Positions 1 to 13,600 of a stretch of 64,000 nucleotides of DNA are shown here, one piece after another. Position numbers and translations under genes: made by a program. Numbering within the stretch: the first letter of the stretch is position 1; every line of letters starts with the position of its first letter. Source of the stretch: the human T2T-CHM13v2.0 reference genome, Homo sapiens; the NCBI RefSeq assembly GCF_009914755.1, contig NC_060943.1; one strand, written 5' to 3'. The notes under the pieces are model-generated. The model was not told the DNA's origin. It searched no databases and was given only the letters and a program-made list of their open reading frames with translations.

Positions 1-103
1 TGTGTGCGTTCAACTCACAGAGTTTAACCTTTCTTTTCATAGAGCAGTTAGGAAACACTCTGTTTGTAAAGTCTGCAAGTGGATATTCAGACCTCCTTGA
101 GGC

Positions 104-120
104 CTTCGTTGGAAACGGGA
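104..120 (+). promoter_or_regulatory. CENP-B box (representative; recurs about every 340 bp)
   Basis: CTTCGTTGGAAACGGGA matches the 17-bp consensus NTTCGNNNNANNCGGGN. Common variants (GGAAGCGGGA; leading T or A; terminal T in the island) keep the essential bases. Confidence 0.97.
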
Positions 121-146
121 TTTCTTCATATTATGCTAGACAGAAG

Positions 147-317
147 AATTCTCAGTAACTTCCTTGTGTTGTGTGTATTCAACTCACAGAGTTGAACGAT
201 CCTTTACACAGAGCAGACTTGAAACACTCTTTTTGTGGAATTTGCAAGTGGAGATTTCAGCCGCTGTGAGTTCAATGGTAGAATAGGAAATATCTTCCTA
301 TAGAAACTAGACAGAAT
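147..317 (+). repeat. Representative 171-bp A-type (J1) monomer, no CENP-B box
   Basis: Runs from AATTCTCAG (147) to just before the next monomer start GATTCTCAG (318). It has GGTAGAATAGGAAA-type sequence at the box-equivalent position. Confidence 0.9.
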
Positions 318-486
318 GATTCTCAGAAACTCCTTTGTGATGTGTGCGTTCAACTCACAGAGTTCAACCTGTCTTTTCATAGAGCAGTTGGGAAACACTC
401 TGTTTGTAAAGTCTGCAAGTGGATATTCAGACTTCTTTGAGGCCTTCGTTGGAAGCGGGATTTCTTCATATTCTGCTAGACAGAAG
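318..486 (+). repeat. Representative 169-bp B-type (J2) monomer with CENP-B box
   Basis: Runs from GATTCTCAG (318) to just before AATTCTCAG (487), with the box CTTCGTTGGAAGCGGGA at 444-460. Confidence 0.9.
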
Positions 487-1199
487 AATTCTCAGTAACT
501 TCCTTGTGTTGTGTGTATTCAACTCACAGAGTTGAACGATCCTTTACACAGAGCAGACTTGAAACACTCTTTTTGTGGAATTTGCAAGTGGAGATTTCAG
601 CCGCTTTGAGGTCAATGGTAGAATAGGAAATATCTTCCTATAGAAACTAGACAGAATGATTCTCAGAAACTCTTTTGTGATGTGTGCGTTCAACTCACAG
701 AGTTTAACCTTTCTTTTCATAGAGCAGTTAGGAAACACTCTGTTTGTAAAGTCTGCAAGTGGATATTCAGACATCCTTGAGGCTTTCGTTGGAAACGGGA
801 TTTCTTCATATTATGCTAGACAGAAGAATTCTCAGTAACTTCCTTGTGTTGTGTGTATTCAACTCACAGAGTTGAACGATCCTTTACACAGAGCAGACTT
901 GAAACACTCCTTTTGTGGAATTTGCAAGTGGAGATTTCAGCCGCTTTGAGGTCAATGGTAGAATGGGAAATATCTTCCTATAGAAACTAGACAGAATGAT
1001 TCTCAGAAACTCCTTTGTGATGTGTGCGTTCAACTCACAGAGTTTAACCTTTCTTTTCATAGAGCAGTTGGGAAACACTCTGTTTGTAAAGTTTGCAAGT
1101 GGATATTCAGACATACTTGAGGCTTTCGTTGGAAACGGGATTTCTTCATATTCTGCTAGAAAGAAGAATTCTCAGTAACTTCCTTGTGTTGTGTGTATT

Positions 1200-4100
1200 C
1201 AACTCACAGAGTTGCACGATCCTTTACACAGAGCAGACTTGAAACACTCTTTTTGTGGAATTTGCAAGTGGAGATTTCAGCCGCTTTGAGGTCAATGGTA
1301 GAATAGGAAATATCTTCCTATGGAAACTAGACAGAATGATTCTCAGAAACTTCTTTGTGATGTGTGCGTTCAACTCACAGAGTTTAACCTTTCTTTTCAT
1401 AGAGCAGTTAGGAAACACTCTGTTTGTAAAGTCTGCAAGTGGATATTCAGACCTCCTTGAGGCCTTCGTTGGAAGCGGGATTTCTTCATGTTCTGCTAGA
1501 CAGAAGAATTCTCAGAAACTTCCTTGTGTTGTGTGTTTTCAACTCACAGAGTTGAACGATCCTTTACACAGAGCAGACTTGAAACACTCCTTTTGTGGAA
1601 TTTGCAAGTGGAGATTTCAGCCGCTTTGAGGTCAATGGTAGAATAGGAAATATCTTCCTATAGAAACTAGACAGAATGATTCTCAGAAACTCCTTTGTGA
1701 TGTGTGCGTTCAACTCACAGAGTTCAACCTTTCTTTTCATAGAGCAGTTGGGAAACACTCTGTTTGTAAAGTCTGCAAGTGGATATTCAGACTTCTTTGA
1801 GGCCTTCGTTGGAAGCGGGATTTCTTCATATTCTGCTAGACAGAAGAATTCTCATAAACTTCCTTGTGTTGTGTGTTTTCAACTCACAGAGTTGAACGAT
1901 CCTTTACACAGAGCAGACTTGAAACACTCCTTTTGTGGAATTTGCAAGTGGAGATTTCAGCCGATTTGAGGTCAATGGTAGAATAGGAAATATATTCCTA
2001 TAGAAAGTAGACAGAATGATTCTCAGAAACTCCTTTGTGATGTGTGCGTTCAACTCACAGAGTTTAACCTTTCTTTTCATAGAGCAGTTAGGAAACACTC
2101 TGTTTGTAAAGTCTGCAAGTGGATATTCAGACCTCCTTGAGGCCTTCGTTGGAAACGGGATTTCTTCATATTATGCTAGACAGAAGAATTCTCAGTAACT
2201 TCCTTGTGTTGTGTGTATTCAACTCACAGAGTTGAACGATCCTTTACACAGAGCAGACTTGAAACACTCTTTTTGTGGAATTTGCAAGTGGAGATTTCAG
2301 CCGCTTTGAGTTCAATGGTAGAATAGGAAATATCTTCCTATAGAAACTAGACAGAATGATTCTCAGAAACTCCTTTGTGATGTGTGCGTTCAACTCACAG
2401 AGTTCAACCTTTCTTTTCATAGAGCAGTTGGGAAACACTCTGTTTGTAAAGTCTGCAAGTGGATATTCAGACTTCTTTGAGGCCTTCGTTGGAAGCGGGA
2501 TTTCTTCATAATCTGCTAGACAGAAGAATTCTCAGTAACTTCCTTGTGTTGTGTGTATTCAACTCACAGAGTTGAACGATCCTTTACACAGAGCAGACTT
2601 GAAACACTCTTTTTGTGGAATTTGCAAGTGGAGATTTCAGCCGCTTTGAGGTCAATGGTAGAATAGGAAATATCTTCCTATAGAAACTAGACAGAATGAT
2701 TCTCAGAAACTCCTTTGTGATGTGTGCGTTCAACTCACAGAGTTTAACCTTTCTTTTCATAGAGCAGTTAGGAAACACTCTGTTTGTAAAGTCTGCAAGT
2801 AGATATTCAGACATCCTTGAGGCTTTCGTTGGAAACGGGATTTCTTCATATTCTGCTAGAAAGAAGAATTCTCAGTAACTTCCTTGTGTTGTGTGTATTC
2901 AACTCACAGAGTTGAACGATCCTTTACACAGAGCAGACTTGAAACACTCCTTTTGTGGAATTTGCAAGTGGAGATTTCAGCCGCTTTGAGGTCAATGGTA
3001 GAATAGGAAATATCTTCCTATAGAAACTAGACAGAATGATTCTCAGAAACTCCTTTGTGATGTGTGCGTTCAACTCACACAGTTTAACCTTTCTTTTCAT
3101 AGAGCAGTTGGGAAACACTCTGTTTGTAAAGTCTGCAAGTAGATATTCAGACATCCTTGAGGCTTTCGTTGGAAACGGGATTTCTTCATATTCTGCTAGA
3201 AAGAAGAATTCTCAGTAACTTCCTTGTGTTGTGTGTATTCAACTCACAGAGTTGAACGATCCTTTACACAGAGCAGACTTGAAACACTCCTTTTGTGGAA
3301 TTTGCAAGTGGAGATTTCAGCCGCTTTGAGGTCAATGGTAGAATAGGAAATATCTTCCTATAGAAACTAGACAGAATGATTCTCAGAAACTCCTTTGTGA
3401 TGTGTGCGTTCAACTCACACAGTTTAACCTTTCTTTTCATAGAGCAGTTGGGAAACACTCTGTTTGTAAAGTCTGCAAGTGGATATTCAGACATCCTTGA
3501 GGCTTTCGTTGGAAACGGGATTTCTTCATATTCTGCTAGACAGAAGAATTCTCAGTAACTTCCTTGTGTTGTGTGTATTCAACTCACAGAGTTGCACGAT
3601 CCTTTACACAGAGCAGACTTGAAACACTCTTTTTGTGGAATTTGCAAGTGGAGATTTCAGCCGCTTTGAGGTCAATGGTAGAATAGGAAATATCTTCCTA
3701 TGGAAACTAGACAGAATGATTCTCAGAAACTTCTTTGTGATGTGTGCGTTCAACTCACAGAGTTTAACCTTTCTTTTCATAGAGCAGTTAGGAAACACTC
3801 TGTTTGTAAAGTCTGCAAGTGGATATTCAGACCTCCTTGAGGCCTTCGTTGGAAGCGGGATTTCTTCATGTTCTGCTAGACAGAAGAATTCTCAGAAACT
3901 TCCTTGTGTTGTGTGTTTTCAACTCACAGAGTTGAACGATCCTTTACACAGAGCAGACTTGAAACACTCCTTTTGTGGAATTTGCAAGTGGAGATTTCAG
4001 CCGCTTTGAGGTCAATGGTAGAATAGGAAATATCTTCCTATAGAAACTAGACAGAATGATTCTCAGAAACTCCTTTGTGATGTGTGCGTTCAACTCACAG

Positions 4101-5890
4101 AGTTCAACCTTTCTTTTCATAGAGCAGTTGGGAAACACTCTGTTTGTAAAGTCTGCAAGTGGATATTCAGACTTCTTTGAGGCCTTCGTTGGAAGCGGGA
4201 TTTCTTCATATTCTGCTAGACAGAAGAATTCTCATAAACTTCCTTGTGTTGTGTGTTTTCAACTCACAGAGTTGAACGATCCTTTACACAGAGCAGACTT
4301 GAAACACTCCTTTTGTGGAATTTGCAAGTGGAGATTTCAGCCGATTTGAGGTCAATGGTAGAATAGGAAATATATTCCTATAGAAAGTAGACAGAATGAT
4401 TCTCAGAAACTCCTTTGTGATGTGTGCGTTCAACTCACAGAGTTTAACCTTTCTTTTCATAGAGCAGTTAGGAAACACTCTGTTTGTAAAGTCTGCAAGT
4501 GGATATTCAGACCTCCTTGAGGCCTTCGTTGGAAACGGGATTTCTTCATATTATGCTAGACAGAAGAATTCTCAGTAACTTCCTTGTGTTGTGTGTATTC
4601 AACTCACAGAGTTGAACGATCCTTTACACAGAGCAGACTTGAAACACTCTTTTTGTGGAATTTGCAAGTGGAGATTTCAGCCGCTTTGAGTTCAATGGTA
4701 GAATAGGAAATATCTTCCTATAGAAACTAGACAGAATGATTCTCAGAAACTCCTTTGTGATGTGTGCGTTCAACTCACAGAGTTCAACCTTTCTTTTCAT
4801 AGAGCAGTTGGGAAACACTCTGTTTGTAAAGTCTGCAAGTGGATATTCAGACTTCTTTGAGGCCTTCGTTGGAAGCGGGATTTCTTCATAATCTGCTAGA
4901 CAGAAGAATTCTCAGTAACTTCCTTGTGTTGTGTGTATTCAACTCACAGAGTTGAACGATCCTTTACACAGAGCAGACTTGAAACACTCTTTTTGTGGAA
5001 TTTGCAAGTGGAGATTTCAGCCGCTTTGAGGTCAATGGTAGAATAGGAAATATCTTCCTATAGAAACTAGACAGAATGATTCTCAGAAACTCCTTTGTGA
5101 TGTGTGCGTTCAACTCACAGAGTTTAACCTTTCTTTTCATAGAGCAGTTAGGAAACACTCTGTTTGTAAAGTCTGCAAGTAGATATTCAGACATCCTTGA
5201 GGCTTTCGTTGGAAACGGGATTTCTTCATATTCTGCTAGAAAGAAGAATTCTCAGTAACTTCCTTGTGTTGTGTGTATTCAACTCACAGAGTTGAACGAT
5301 CCTTTACACAGAGCAGACTTGAAACACTCCTTTTGTGGAATTTGCAAGTGGAGATTTCAGCCGCTTTGAGGTCAATGGTAGAATAGGAAATATCTTCCTA
5401 TAGAAACTAGACAGAATGATTCTCAGAAACTCCTTTGTGATGTGTGCGTTCAACTCACACAGTTTAACCTTTCTTTTCATAGAGCAGTTGGGAAACACTC
5501 TGTTTGTAAAGTCTGCAAGTGGATATTCAGACATCCTTGAGGCTTTCGTTGGAAACGGGATTTCTTCATATTCTGCTAGACAGAAGAATTCTCAGTAACT
5601 TCCTTGTGTTGTGTGTATTCAACTCACAGAGTTGCACGATCCTTTACACAGAGCAGACTTGAAACACTCTTTTTGTGGAATTTGCAAGTGGAGATTTCAG
5701 CCGCTTTGAGGTCAATGGTAGAATAGGAAATATCTTCCTATGGAAACTAGACAGAATGATTCTCAGAAACTTCTTTGTGATGTGTGCGTTCAACTCACAG
5801 AGTTTAACCTTTCTTTTCATAGAGCAGTTAGGAAACACTCTGTTTGTAAAGTCTGCAAGTGGATATTCAGACCTCCTTGAGGCCTTCGTT
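1200..5890 (+). repeat. Local tandem amplification of a 6/7-dimer unit (periods 2380 and 2040 bp)
   Basis: Private variants recur: TGGAAACTAG at 1321/3701/5741, CTCATAAACT at 1851/4231, TATATTCCTA at 1991/4371, ATCTGCTAGA at 2511/4891. Confidence 0.85.
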
Positions 5891-7079
5891 GGAAACGGGA
5901 TTTCTTCATATTATGCTAGACAGAAGAATTCTCAGTAACTTCCTTGTGTTGTGTGTATTCAACTCAGAGAGTTGAACGATCCTTTACACAGAGCAGACTT
6001 GAAACACTCTTTTTGTGGAATTTGCAAGTGGAGATTTCAGCCGCTGTGAGTTCAATGGTAGAATAGGAAATATCTTCCTATAGAAAGTAGACAGAATGAT
6101 TCTCAGAAACTCCTTTGTGATGTGTGCGTTCAAGTCACAGAGTTCAACCTTTCTTTTCATAGAGCAGTTGGGAAACACTCTGTTTGTAAAGTCTGCAAGT
6201 GGATATTCAGACTTCTTTGAGGCCTTCGTTGGAAGCGGGATTTCTTCATATTCTGCTAGACAGAAGAATTCTCAGTAACTGCCTTGTGTTGTGTGTATTC
6301 AACTCACAGAGTTGAACGATCCTTTACACAGAGCAGACTTGAAACACTCTTTTTGTGGAATTTGCAAGTGGAGATTTCAGCCGCTTTGAGATCAATGGTA
6401 GAATAGGAAATATCTTCCTATAGAAACTAGACAGAATGATTCTCAGAAACTCCTTTGTGATGTGTGCGTTCAACTCACAGAGTTTAACCTTTCTTTTCAT
6501 AGAGCAGTTAGGAAACACTCTGATTGTAAAGTCTGCAAGTGGATATTCAGACCTCCTTGAGGCCTTCGTTGGAAACGGGATTTCTTCATATTCTGCTAGA
6601 CAGAAGAATTCTCAGTAACTTCCTTGTGTTGTGTGTATTCAACTCACAGAGTTGAACGATCCTTTACACAGAGCAGACTTGAAACACTCTTTTTGTGGAA
6701 TTTGCAAGTGGAGATTTCAGCCGCTTTGAGTTCAATGGTAGAATAGGAAATATCTTCCTATAGAAACTAGACAGAATGATTCTCAGAAACTCCTTTGTGA
6801 TGTGTGCGTTCAACTCACAGAGTTCAACCTTTCTTTTCATAGAGCAGTTGGGAAACACTCTGTTTGTAAAGTCTGCAAGTGGATATTCAGACTTCTTTGA
6901 GGCCTTCGTTGGAAGCGGGATTTCTTCATGTTCTGCTAGACAGAAGAATTCTCAGAAACTTCCTTGTGTTGTGTGTTTTCAACTCACAGAGTTGAACGAT
7001 CCTTTACACAGAGCAGACTTGAAACACTCCTTTTGTGGAATTTGCAAGTGGAGATTTCAGCCGATTTGAGGTCAATGGT

Positions 7080-10000
7080 AGAATAGGAAATATCTTCCTA
7101 TAGAAAGTAGACAGAATGATTCTCAGAAACTCCTTTGTGATGTGTGCGTTCAACTCACAGAGTTTAACCTTTCTTTTCATAGAGCAGTTAGGAAACACTC
7201 TGTTTGTAAAGTCTGCAAGTGGATATTCAGACCTCCTTGAGGCCTTCGTTGGAAACGGGATTTCTTCATATTATGCTAGACAGAAGAATTCTCAGTAACT
7301 TCCTTGTGTTGTGTGTATTCAACTCACAGAGTTGAACGATCCTTTACACAGAGCAGACTTGAAACACTCTTTTTGTGGAATTTGCAAGTGGAGATTTCAG
7401 CCGCTGTGAGTTCAATGGTAGAATAGGAAATATCTTCCTATAGAAACTAGACAGAATGATTCTCAGAAACTCCTTTGTGATGTGTGCGTTCAACTCACAG
7501 AGTTCAACCTGTCTTTTCATAGAGCAGTTGGGAAACACTCTGTTTGTAAAGTCTGCAAGTGGATATTCAGACCTCCTTGAGGCCTTCGTTGGAAGCGGGA
7601 TTTCTTCATATTCTGCTAGACAGAAGAATTCTCAGTAACTGCCTTGTGTTGTGTGTATTCAACTCACAGAGTTGAACGATCCTTTACACAGAGCAGACTT
7701 GAAACACTCCTTTTGTGGAATTTGCAAGTGGAGATTTCAGCCGATTTGAGGTCAATGGTAGAATAGGAAATATCTTCCTATAGAAAGTAGACAGAATGAT
7801 TCTCAGAAACTCCTTTGTGATGTGTGCGTTCAACTCACAGAGTTTAACCTTTCTTTTCATAGAGCAGTTAGGAAACACTCTGTTTGTAAAGTCTGCAAGT
7901 GGATATTCAGACCTCCTTGAGGCCTTCGTTGGAAACGGGATTTCTTCATATTATGCTAGACAGAAGAATTCTCAGTAACTTCCTTGTGTTGTGTGTATTC
8001 AACTCACAGAGTTGAACGATCCTTTACACAGAGCAGACTTGAAACACTCTTTTTGTGGAATTTGCAAGTGGAGATTTCAGCCGCTGTGAGTTCAATGGTA
8101 GAATAGGAAATATCTTCCTATAGAAACTAGACAGAATGATTCTCAGAAACTCCTTTGTGATGTGTGCGTTCAACTCACAGAGTTCAACCTTTCTTTTCAT
8201 AGAGCAGTTGGGAAACACTCTGTTTGTAAAGTCTGCAAGTGGATATTCAGACTTCCTTGAGGCCTTCGTTGGAAGCGGGATTTCTTCATATTCTGCTAGA
8301 CAGAAGAATTCTCAGTAACTGCCTTGTGTTGTGTGTATTCAACTCACAGAGTTGAACGATCCTTTACACAGAGCAGACTTGAAACACTCTTTTTGTGGAA
8401 TTTGCAAGTGGAGATTTCAGCCGCTTTGAGGTCAATGGTAGAATTGGAAATATCTTCCTATGGAAACTAGACAGAATGATTCTCAGAAACTTCTTTGTGA
8501 TGTGTGCGTTCAACTCACAGAGTTTAACCTTTCTTTTCATAGAGCAGTTAGGAAACACTCTGTTTATAAAGTCTGCAAGTGGATATTCAGACCTCCTTGA
8601 GGCCTTCGTTGGAAGCGGGATTTCTTCATGTTCTGCTAGACAGAAGAATTCTCAGAAACTTCCTTGTGTTGTGTGTTTTCAACTCACAGAGTTGAACGAT
8701 CCTTTACACAGAGCAGACTTGAAACACTCCTTTTGTGGAATTTGCAAGTGGAGATTTCAGCCGCTTTGAGGTCAATGGTAGAATAGGAAATATCTTCCTA
8801 TAGAAAGTAGACAGAATGATTCTCAGAAACTCCTTTGTGATGTGTGCGTTCAACTCACAGAGTTTAACCTTTCTTTTCATAGAGCAGTTAGGAAACACTC
8901 TGTTTGTAAAGTCTGCAAGTGGATATTCAGACCTCCTTGAGGCCTTCGTTGGAAACGGGATTTCTTCATATTATGCTAGACAGAAGAATTCTCAGTAACT
9001 TCCTTGTGTTGTGTGTATTCAACTCACAGAGTTGAACGATCCTTTACACAGAGCAGACTTGAAACACTCTTTTTGTGGAATTTGCAAGTGGAGATTTCAG
9101 CCGCTGTGAGTTCAATGGTAGAATAGGAAATATCTTCCTATAGAAACTAGACAGAATGATTCTCAGAAACTCCTTTGTGATGTGTGCGTTCAACTCACAG
9201 AGTTCAACCTGTCTTTTCATAGAGCAGTTGGGAAACACTCTGTTTGTAAAGTCTGCAAGTGGATATTCAGACTTCCTTGAGGCCTTCGTTGGAAGCGGGA
9301 TTTCTTCATATTCTGCTAGACAGAAGAATTCTCAGTAACTGCCTTGTGTTGTGTGTATTCAACTCACAGAGTTGAACGATCCTTTACACAGAGCAGACTT
9401 GAAACACTCCTTTTGTGGAATTTGCAAGTGGAGATTTCAGCCGATTTGAGGTCAATGGTAGAATAGGAAATATCTTCCTATAGAAAGTAGACAGAATGAT
9501 TCTCAGAAACTCCTTTGTGATGTGTGCGTTCAACTCACAGAGTTTAACCTTTCTTTTCATAGAGCAGTTAGGAAACACTCTGTTTGTAAAGTCTGCAAGT
9601 GGATATTCAGACCTCCTTGAGGCCTTCGTTGGAAACGGGATTTCTTCATATTATGCTAGACAGAAGAATTCTCAGTAACTTCCTTGTGTTGTGTGTATTC
9701 AACTCACAGAGTTGAACGATCCTTTACACAGAGCAGACTTGAAACACTCTTTTTGTGGAATTTGCAAGTGGAGATTTCAGCCGCTGTGAGTTCAATGGTA
9801 GAATAGGAAATATCTTCCTATAGAAACTAGACAGAATGATTCTCAGAAACTCCTTTGTGATGTGTGCGTTCAACTCACAGAGTTCAACCTTTCTTTTCAT
9901 AGAGCAGTTGGGAAACACTCTGTTTGTAAAGTCTGCAAGTGGATATTCAGACTTCCTTGAGGCCTTCGTTGGAAGCGGGATTTCTTCATATTCTGCTAGA

Positions 10001-10640
10001 CAGAAGAATTCTCAGTAACTGCCTTGTGTTGTGTGTATTCAACTCACAGAGTTGAACGATCCTTTACACAGAGCAGACTTGAAACACTCTTTTTGTGGAA
10101 TTTGCAAGTGGAGATTTCAGCCGCTTTGAGGTCAATGGTAGAATTGGAAATATCTTCCTATGGAAACTAGACAGAATGATTCTCAGAAACTTCTTTGTGA
10201 TGTGTGCGTTCAACTCACAGAGTTTAACCTTTCTTTTCATAGAGCAGTTAGGAAACACTCTGTTTATAAAGTCTGCAAGTGGATATTCAGACCTCCTTGA
10301 GGCCTTCGTTGGAAGCGGGATTTCTTCATGTTCTGCTAGACAGAAGAATTCTCAGAAACTTCCTTGTGTTGTGTGTTTTCAACTCACAGAGTTGAACGAT
10401 CCTTTACACAGAGCAGACTTGAAACACTCCTTTTGTGGAATTTGCAAGTGGAGATTTCAGCCGCTTTGAGGTCAATGGTAGAATAGGAAATATCTTCCTA
10501 TAGAAAGTAGACAGAATGATTCTCAGAAACTCCTTTGTGATGTGTGCGTTCAACTCACAGAGTTTAACCTTTCTTTTCATAGAGCAGTTAGGAAACACTC
10601 TGTTTGTAAAGTCTGCAAGTGGATATTCAGACCTCCTTGA
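7080..10640 (+). repeat. Tandem duplication of a 1700-bp (5-dimer) unit
   Basis: GTCTTTTCAT at 7511/9211, GAATTGGAAA at 8441/10141 and TGTTTATAAA at 8561/10261. The ORF translations repeat at +1700. Confidence 0.85.
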
Positions 10641-13600
10641 GGCCTTCGTTGGAAGCGGGATTTCTTCATGTTCTGCTAGACAGAAGAATTCTCAGAAACT
10701 TCCTTGTGTTGTGTGTTTTCAACTCACAGAGTTGAACGATCCTTTACACAGAGCAGACTTGAAACACTCCTTTTGTGGAATTTGCAAGTGGAGATTTCAG
10801 CCGCTTTGAGGTCAATGGTAGAATAGGAAATATCTTCCTATAGAAACTAGACAGAATGATTCTGAGAAATCCTTTGTGATGTGTGCGTTCAACTCACAGA
10901 GTTTAACCTTTCTTTTCATAGAGCAGTTAGGAAACACTCTGTTTGTAAAGTCTGCAAGTGGATATTCAGACCTCCTTGAGGCCTTCGTTGGAAACGGGAT
11001 TTCTTCATATTATGCTAGACAGAGGAATTCTCAGGAACTTCCTTGTGTTGTGTGTATTCAACTCACAGAGTTGAACGATCCTTTACACAGAGCAGACTTG
11101 AAACACTCTTTTTGTGGAATTTGCAAGTGGAGATTTCAGCCGCTTTGAGTTCAATGGTAGAATAGGAAATATCTTCCTATAGAAACTACACAGAATGATT
11201 CTCAGAAACTGCTTTGTGATGTGTGCGTTCAACTCACAGAGTTCAACCTTTCTTTTCATAGAGCAGTTGGGAAACACTCTGTTTGTAAAGTCTGCAAGTG
11301 GATATTCAGACTTCTTTGAGGCCTTCGTTGGAAGCGGGATTTCTTCATATTCTGCTAGACAGAAGATTTCTCAGTAACTTCCTTGTGTTGTGTGTATTCA
11401 ACTCACAGAGTTGAACGATCCTTTACACAGAGCAGACTTGAAACACTCTTTTTGTGGAATTTGCAAGTGGAGATTTCAGCCGCTTTGAGGTCAATGGTAG
11501 AATAGGAAATATCTTCCTATAGAAACTAGACAGAATGATACTCAGAAACTCCTTTGTGATGTGTGCGTTCAACTCACAGAGTTCAACCTTTCTTTTCATA
11601 GAGCAGTTGGGAAACACTCTGTTTGTAAAGTCTGCAAGTGGATATTCAGACATCTTTGAGGCCTTCGTTGGAAGCGGGATTTCTTCATGTTCTGCTAGAC
11701 AGAAGAATTCTCAGAAACTTCCTTGTGTTGTGTGTATTCAACTCACAGAGTTGAACGATCCTTTACACAGAGCAGACTTGAAACACTCTTTTTGTGGAAT
11801 TTGCAAGTGGAGATTTCAGCCGCTTTGAGGTCAATGGTAGAATAGGAAATATCTTCCTATAGAAACTAGACAGAATGATTCTCAGAAACTCCTTTGTGAT
11901 GTGTGCGTTCAACTCACAGAGTTCAACCTTTCTTTTCATAGAGCAGTTGGGAAACACTCTGTTTGTAAAGTCTGCAAGTGGATATTCAGACTTCTTTGAG
12001 GCCTTCGTTGGAAGCGGGATTTCTTCATGTTCTGCTAGACAGAAGAATTCTCAGAAACTTCCTTGTGTTGTGTGTTTTCAACTCACAGAGTTGAACGATC
12101 CTTTACACAGAGCAGACTTGAAACACTCCTTTTGTGGAATTTGCAAGTGGAGATTTCAGCCGCTTTGAGGTCAATGGTAGAATAGGAAATATCTTCCTAT
12201 AGAAAGTAGACAGAATGATTCTCAGAAACTCCTTTGTGATGTGTGCGTTCAACTCACAGAGTTTAACCTTTCTTTTCATAGAGCAGTTAGGAAACACTCT
12301 GTTTGTAAAGTCTGCAAGTGGATATTCAGACCTCCTTGAGGCCTTCGTTGGAAACGGGATTTCTTCATATTATGCTAGACAGAAGAATTCTCAGTAACTT
12401 CCTTGTGTTGTGTGTATTCAACTCACAGAGTTGAACGATCCTTTACACAGAGCAGACTTGAAACACTCTTTTTGTGGAATTTGCAAGTGGAGATTTCAGC
12501 CGCTGTGAGTTCAATGGTAGAATAGGAAATATCTTCCTATAGAAACTAGACAGAATGATTCTCAGAAACTCCTTTGTGATGTGTGCGTTCAAGTCACAGA
12601 GTTCAACCTTTCTTTTCATAGAGCAGTTGGGAAACACTCTGTTTGTAAAGTCTGCAAGTGGATATTCAGACTTCCTTGAGGCCTTCGTTGGAAGCGGGAT
12701 TTCTTCATATTCTGCTAGACAGAAGAATTCTCAGTAACTGCCTTGTGTTGTGTGTATTCAACTCACAGAGTTGAACGATCCTTTACACAGAGCAGACTTG
12801 AAACACTCTTTTTGTGGAATTTGCAAGTGGAGATTTCAGCCGCTTTGAGGTCAATGGTAGAATAGGAAATATCTTCCTATAGAAACTAGACAGAATGATT
12901 CTCAGAAACTCCTTTGTGATGTGTGCGTTCAACTCACAGAGTTTAACCTTTCTTTTCATAGAGCAGTTAGGAAACACTCTGATTGTAAAGTCTGCAAGTG
13001 GATATTCAGACCTCCTTGAGGCCTTCGTTGGAAACGGGATTTCTTCATATTATGCTAGACAGAAGAATTCTCAGTAACTTCCTTGTGTTGTGTGTATTCA
13101 ACTCACAGAGTTGAACGATCCTTTACACAGAGCAGACTTGAAACACTCTTTTTGTGGAATTTGCAAGTGGAGATTTCAGCCGCTTTGAGGTCAATGGTAG
13201 AATAGGAAATATCTTCCTATAGAAACTAGACAGAATGATTCTCAGAAACTCCTTTGTGATGTGTGCGTTCAACTCACAGAGTTCAACCTTTCTTTTCATA
13301 GAGCAGTTGGGAAACACTCTGTTTGTAAAGTCTGCAAGTGGATATTCAGACTTCTTTGAGGCCTTCGTTGGAAGCGGGATTTCTTCATATTCTGCTAGAC
13401 AGAAGAATTCTCAGTAACTGCCTTGTGTTGTGTGTATTCAACTCACAGAGTTGAACGATCCTTTACACAGAGCAGACTTGAAACACTCTTTTTGTGGAAT
13501 TTGCAAGTGGAGATTTCAGCCGCTTTGAGGTCAATGGTAGAATAGGAAATATCTTCCTATAGAAACTAGACAGAATGATTCTCAGAAACTCCTTTGTGAT

